Origin: the human T2T-CHM13v2.0 reference genome, Homo sapiens
DNA length: 64,000 nucleotides
Reading direction: 5' to 3' (one strand)
NCBI RefSeq assembly: GCF_009914755.1
Contig: NC_060930.1
Of the stretch, positions 57,415 through 64,000 are shown piece by piece (position 1 is the first letter of the stretch; every line of letters begins with the position of its first letter). The notes under the pieces are model-generated. The model was not told the origin of the DNA and did not search any database. It worked only from the letters and a program-made list of their open reading frames with translations. The translations under genes and the position numbers were made by a program.

Positions 57415-57967
57415 GATTCTTTTACTCTAATAGCAACCACAAACCAAATATAACTCTGAGCTACATAAATCCTCTTTCCTAGGAAATCAGGCTATCAGAA
57501 CCCTAGTTGTTGGAGAGTTAAACAAAGTTCTACCACTTTAGGGTTGGATTGCCTCTCAGTTCCAAAGGTAACAGGAAGCCCAGTGTCAGGGTATCACCTG
57601 GCCTCCTGCAATCCCAACCCTCCTCACCTTCCCACGCTGGACTCCTCCCTGTTAGCTGCCATTAGGGCATCAGATGGATAGGAAGTAGGAAAATAGGAAA
57701 TTCAAAATAGTGTATCTAGTGGCATGTTCTCACCTCCTAGGAGGCTGTGAAATATTTGTGAATTTCCCCTGCTTTATTAACAGGCAAATAGCAGTTGTAT
57801 TACCTGGTTCTTCTCAAAATTTAGTTTAAAAAGAAATCTCACTCTGCCACACTAGCATTTGGCTCAAAATTATGAACAAGGGTTTGTCTGCAGGCAGGGG
57901 CCTCAACCCTGCCCTCTGTTGGTGAGAGCTAGAACCTCATAAAATAAGCGGGTGTAGTGGCGCATCT

Positions 57968-57987
57968 CAGCCACAAGATGGCAGCAG
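57968..57987 (+). promoter_or_regulatory. Candidate CTCF site
   Basis: CAGCCACAAGATGGCAGCAG closely matches the CTCF core CCASYAGRKGGCRS (one mismatch). Confidence 0.6.
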
Positions 57988-58528
57988 TGCTTCGTGCAGG
58001 TCCGAGAAGACGCTGAATGCAGAGGGATCTTTTGAGAGTCAATGCTGATGCGCTAGCCTTCAGTAGGGAAAATTTAACTAGGACTGACTAAACCTTAAGG
58101 TTAAGGACTAATCTTGTGGGGCAACTGCCTTTTATATGGTGTAAAAATATCTGCTTGAGAATACAGTATAAGTATTTTATAATTATATGCATACTCAAAT
58201 CTTTTTCATCTTTATCTCCACCAAGAATCAATCAAGAGGTTTTGTTTTGGTGAATGAATTCTGAGTTTTGACTCACCTCCCTTGAGATTATAGGTTCATT
58301 TCCAGTCCCCAGGTGTGTGTGGTCAGAGAATCTCTGTCGTTTCCACTTATGGAATAAAGTTGCCCTGTCCCTGGGACCAATGCCACCATGCTCAAGCACA
58401 GCCATGTGTGGACAGGCCACGCCAAGGCCAAGTACCCGGGACAGGGGGGCAGAGAGGAGGCATGAGCAGCAGGGAGAGAACTTCTCAAGGCTGGACCATG
58501 AGCCACCACTGGAAGGTGCGTAAGGGGC

Positions 58529-58992
58529 TGCGCACTCTTTCCGGGGGCTGCCACAACAAAGTACCCAAAGCTTGTGGCTTAAAACGACAAGAACTTCTTT
58601 TTAAAACAAGAACTTATTTTACCGTTCTGGAGGCCAGAAATCTGAAATCAAGGTGACAGCAGACCCACACTCCCTCCAAAGGCCTCAGGGAAGAATGCTT
58701 CCTGCCCACTCCCAGCTCCTGGAGCCTACTGGCACTCCTTGACTTGTGGCAGTAGAACTGCAGTCTCTACCTCCATCCTCACATGGCCTCCAGGTGCCCC
58801 CTCTCTTCTTTTTTGATCTCTTATAAGGACGTTTGTCATTGGACTTGGGGCCCACCCTAAGTCAAGGCCTTCTCATCTCAATATCCTTACCTTAATTATA
58901 TCTGCAGTGACCTTTCTTCCAAATAAGATCACATTCAGATGTTCTGAGTGGACTTTTATTTTGGGATGGGGGTCATCATTCAACCCACTACA
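58529..58992. mobile_element. MLT1C-type LTR
   Basis: GTTCTGGAGGCCAGAAATCTGAAATCAAGGTG...TTCAACCCACTACA. Confidence 0.85.
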
Positions 58993-59599
58993 GGTGGGAG
59001 GTAGGAGATTCCTTGACACCACTCTAATTATTCTCACCATGATTATGGAATTTCAATCAATGTGGAGAAAAGCCAGTAAACATCAGGACAAAGCAGCAAA
59101 GTTCACCTGACTATGAATGTGGGAGCTTCTAGAGATGCATCATTGGCAAAGGCACCCTCTCTCCCCAGAGATGTCTCTTTGAACCCCTCTGTGGAATCTG
59201 TGAAATAACTCCCTAGTAACTTGAACCCACTAGGATTTACAGCATTTCAAAATGTGTGTGATTAATAACAATCTAATAACGACACTCTAATTTGTGTACA
59301 AATACCATAATATTAACAAAAATACTATAATACAAACATATTCTAATTCAATTAGTCTTTTGTGGTGAACAGGTATGAGCAATTGGATCTATAACCTCAT
59401 AGTTAATGAGATTATATAACTATATACCATTGGGCAGAAAAAACTGTGATAATGCTACCTACCCTGCTTGCCTAAGAGAAATGTCTATCAAAGTGTTTTT
59501 AAATATATAAAACCCTCTAAGAATGAAAGGTGTGCTTTTCTTTCTCGTCCACTTCTGCAGCACATACAGGCGTGTGTGAGTATGTGTAAACAACAAACA

Positions 59600-59777
59600 C
59601 TGAACCTGATCCCGTGCGACTCAAAGTCCAGTCCTCTGACCAGTAGCACCAGCAACAGCTGGGAGCTTGTCGGAAATACAGACCCTCAGGTCCCGCCCCG
59701 AACTGACTGAATCAGACTCTGCTGTTTAACAAAATCCCCGAGTGATTCATAGAGATACTAAAGTTTGAGAAGCCCTG
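59600..59777. mobile_element. MER5A
   Basis: CTGAATCAGACTCTGC...TAACAAAATCCCC...AAAGTTTGAGAAGCCCTG. Confidence 0.8.
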
Positions 59778-61289
59778 CTCTAAATAATCTCGTTTGGTAA
59801 GTTTTATTCACTAAAATGGGAGTCCTAAATATTTTTCTCATAATTAGCTCCATAGGAAGCATCAGGTGTGAGCAGTGGTTGGCACAGGGAGAGAAAGAAG
59901 GCACTTTTACCCAGTATGTGGTCCTCCTTTGCTGACAATCCACCCTCCTTCCCCAGCAAACCAGATTATGAACCTCAGGAGCAGTGCCTGACTTAGACAT
60001 CAGTTGGGTTCACCTTTTATGACTATGAAAGATCAATGGGGCTGCCCTGATTGAGGAAGAGTAAGTACTGTGATCTTGACTCTGGCCTTTTAATGTGGCA
60101 TTTTCCAAGACAACTGAAAAAGTAACTGCAAGGGCGTGCCAGAAACATTGGTTTAAAAAAAAAAAAAGGAAAGGGAAAATATTAAAAGATAAGAAAGACA
60201 AAAGAGCCCATTGGAGAATCCTTTGATTTTTCTCACCCCTGATTCCTTATAGGAACAATGTGAATAATGATAACATTCATCTCAATCAGGTAAGACCCCT
60301 GTTGTGAAAGCATTCCGCTTTGAGGTGCCCAGATGGAAGGTGCTTTACAAATAGAGAATGATGGCAGCTGGGTTGGCATTTGTGTGGTCGCTTACTATTT
60401 AAAAGCAGAGAGTGCCTGACAGTGCTGCAGGGTTTCACTTGGTCCCACTGTGGGTTGGCGAGCTCCCTGGCTGGGTCCTGGTTGCCAAGGAAACTGCTAC
60501 AGAAGAGATTGAGACTGTCTGGGTTCTTGGTTGATTGGTGGAGCTGAGAGCAGCATTTTATATAAGAAATACGTATTTTCAGTGACCAGAGCAAAAGTAA
60601 ATAATGGCTACTAGAAGGAATCACATCCATCTTCTCCAACAGAGTTCATTTGGATAGAAACTCTTAGCAATGAAGAAGTAGCCTTCTCAGGAGCAATAAA
60701 TAGGACTTAGAAATCTCCAGCTCAAACTTATGTGCTCTATGGGGAGCCATTGCCTTAGCTGGGCACAGGAGTTTTATCATCCTCTTTTAGGCAAACCTGG
60801 GAATGTAATGACTAGGTCAGCCTCAGATCACATCCTTGCCGTATGTTGGCACACCACTGATTAAGGACAGCAGAGAAATGCTGTCTTGCCATCTTTTCTT
60901 AGAGGGGGGACAGGATTTGTATGTGGCATTTGTTGATCTTGCTCACTGCGCATCTGTGAACTTTTCTTGACTGCCTCCCAGGTAACATCAGCTATTCCTC
61001 TGTGTTCCCATAGTACAATATTCAAGTCTTTATTATCACATTCTACTACAATTTGTCGGGGGGTGGAGAGGGATCTACTCCTTTTACCAGTCAAGTAATT
61101 TGCTTAAAGTCAAAGATTATGTTTATTGCTCTATTACAAGTGCCTGGCACAGTATCTAACATAGCAGGTCCTCAATAATTATTTGAGTGAATTGCCTGCC
61201 CTTAGTGTAGGCTGAGTGAAGGTTGAGCAGACACAACAATGACTTTTTCAGAAAACCTCAATGAAGCAGAAACAACACAATCATTATAT

Positions 61290-61920
61290 GAAAGACATAC
61301 TAATTGCCAGTAGTTTACATAGTTATTGCATCTAACTTTCGTATTCCTGCTAAAGCTGTAAGGTACGTAGCATTGCCCACACTTACAGGAAAAGACAGTG
61401 TACCCCAGAAAGGTTAAGTAAGTGACTTTGCAGGTATCACAACTAGTCAGTTAAGGAGCCAGTATTTGCATCCAGGTCTATCTGATTGCAAAGCAGTGTT
61501 CTTAGCCATCATGCCAGGCTATCTCAGAGCCTTCTAATGAATCATGTAGAGCCCTGCATATGGTGTTCCCCAGAGTTGAAGGACACAAGCCCCTTGCAAT
61601 GATAGAACTGTCCTTGGTGAAAAGGCATAAGGTAAGATAACAGGTTGGATGGGATTCAGCTGGGACCTAAGATGTGTGCATAATGTTAACAGCACAATAA
61701 CAGAGAAAAGGTATGCTGGGGGTCAAATCCAAGCTCCAGAAATTACTAGCTTTGTAGCCTTTTGCAAGGAATGAAAATACTTTGTTCTTCAGATCCCTCA
61801 TCTCCAAGTTGAGGCAAGTTAATATTATTTTCTTAGAAGGAAAAATTGTAAGAATTTTAAAACAATATTTGCAAATGTGCATAGTACAGCTCCCAACACA
61901 TAATGCCTAATGAATTATCA
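61290..61920. mobile_element. Two MIR fragments
   Basis: AGAAAGGTTAAGTAA...CCAGGTCTATCTGA and GGTCAAATCC...CCTCATCT cores. Confidence 0.6.
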
Positions 61921-63699
61921 CCATCATCTTTACTATCAATACTATCATGCTCATTATAGGTGTTATTTTCATTATATAAAGTGTTTCACTTAAAAGCCTA
62001 AGGAGCTGCCCAAATTTAAGCATAATTTGAATATCATTGCAAAACCACCTCCTTTAAAAGGTTAAAGAAGCTGGGAAGATGTTACCCAAGAGAAGAAAGG
62101 ATTCTGTCTGGTCAGTTGACATTCTCATCACAACCTGCCAACAATCCATTGTGAGGTTTGCATAAGTCATTTGACGTCATTGCCACAACTGTTAAAGAAG
62201 GTAGTAAAAGTGAAGGATAGTTTGAAAACTACAAAGAACCATACAGAGGTTCTTACTCTCTGCTTGTCAACTAAAATTCACAAAAACATTTCAGTTTTTC
62301 TTCCCTTTTTAAGACAGGTTGGGATGCCTTTGGGTCTCCTTACCTAGCCACACTCTCCCCACCCCTCCGCTGCCCATGGCCACTAGCTCGTCAGGGATAA
62401 AGAGAGGAGAGAAATGTGTATTCTTTCCATTAAACTCATGATTAAATAACAACATTTTAAGGATGAGGTCTGCACTTTCTATTTCTTGGTGGCTTTTCTA
62501 ATTCTGTAAATATGCTGACATGTCTTTATAGGTAGAAGACTCTCTATGGCCTGGAGAAGCTATCCTCAAGTCATTTGACAGCCCAGGAGGCATATGTTGT
62601 AGTTACTTCACAACCACCAGTTGCTGGAGACCACAGTTAGAGCCAATCAGCAGGTTCTCTGAAGGGTGGGAGCCTCCTGATTGCCAATTTGTAGTATTTG
62701 CTGCCAAGGCTCTCTGTCCTCTTCAGATCAGCTTTCCCGGACCTTATTGTTTAACAGGCATATGTGGCAGTAACAGTTCTCCAGTTACTGTGTTTTTCGG
62801 CTGTCATAAGACCATGGTCTTGTGGATGCTGCGTCAGTGTTCATTTTAATTGGACATCTTGATAACATCCACAGAACACAATTATCCAGTCTAGGGATGA
62901 CCTACTTCCTCCTAATAGCTTCTTGAAAGCCACAGTTCCATGAAAGCTGTGAGATACTAAATTTGTGTTGTTTTCAGCCTCTAAATTTTTGGTAGTTTTA
63001 TGCAGCAATAGAAAATAATATAATAACTGATGCGCACTCTCCAAAACTTTCAAGGTCATGAAAGACAAGGAAAGATTGAAGGCCTGTCACAGATTAAAAG
63101 AGAACAAAGAGAAGTGACAACTAAAGGCAATGTGAGATCCTGAGTTGCACCTGGGGACAGAAAAATACATTAGTTGTATAACTGGTGAAATGTAAATACA
63201 GTGTGTAGTTTAATTAAAAAAAAAGAAAAAAAGAAAGCCACAGTTCCAGAGCCTGTTAACTTTTATTCTATGGTGTTTATCCAGCTGAATTTCCTTTCCT
63301 CCCAAATGTTCTGTAGCTGATGGGATCTGTGTAAATAGAGATACTTCAGCTCAAATATTCATTCATTTTACTCAGTTAATGAAACCTCTACCTTTGCAGT
63401 TATCCAGTTATTAAGACGACAGCCCTGCTTGAGATTCTTGCTGCTTTCCATAGACAATTCCAGAAAGGCTGCAATTATAAGCAGTACAGTCTGAACGTGC
63501 TCAGCACACTCGGGCTGTCTAGCTTTGAACCAAACAGGCTTATCTTGGCTTAGAAAAAGAAGCCATAAACAGAGACAGAAATGCAGTTAAAGCATTATAT
63601 TTAGCATTGCATATGCTTAGGTCAAAATCAACCTTCCAAAATAGTAGTGCCAGAAATTCATTTTAACTCCTGAAATGTGAGTGAATCCTAAAATGTTAA

Positions 63700-63830
63700 A
63701 GCTGGAAGGAACTACTCATTTTATAGAGGAAGTAACTAGGTCTAGACAGGTAAAATAACCTTTTAAGCTCCTCACTGGTGACAGAGCCAGCACTAGAACC
63801 CATTTATCATGAAGCCCAGTACCACCCCCA
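63700..63830. mobile_element. MIR
   Basis: CTCATTTTATAGAGGAAGTAACT...CTAGAACCCA core. Confidence 0.65.
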
Positions 63831-64000
63831 CTAGTGTCTTAGAGACTCGTTTTTGTTTGCCCATTAGAGTTAATAAATGGTTCAAACTGTTCACAGACAT
63901 TATCTCATTTGATTGGCACACATGTTGTATTGATTTCTATATAAGGACCTAGTAAGTGAAATAGAAGAATCCTGAACTGTTTTACAATTCCCTCTTCTCC

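Overview
Primate DNA (human or great ape; it carries young AluY copies) containing the 3' end of RIMS1 (RIM1, presynaptic active-zone scaffold) on the + strand. The window opens inside a long intron. Five coding exons (36174-36312, 38274-38386, 43825-43926, 44531-44670, 46072-46290) splice in frame through GT-AG junctions and give the last 237 aa, including the C2B domain and ending ...RRASQSSLESSTGPPCIRS*. A ~2.1-2.4 kb 3' UTR follows, then ~15 kb of downstream DNA. Most of the rest is interspersed repeats (Alu, L1, L2, MIR, MLT/MST LTRs, DNA transposon relics), and nearly all ORF-track entries are spurious. Best leads: (1) a candidate internal promoter and non-coding first exon at ~12.2-12.44 kb that would yield a uORF-preceded, 219-aa C2B-only (gamma-like) RIM1; (2) an inverted AluY pair around two exons totalling 252 nt, whose back-splice would form a stop-free circular ORF; (3) an unidentified retroposed mRNA 3' end nested in an LTR; (4) an alternative acceptor for the last exon; (5) a CTCF-like site downstream of the gene. 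I see no evidence of a wholly new biological system. Gene and repeat-family names come from recognition, not database searches.
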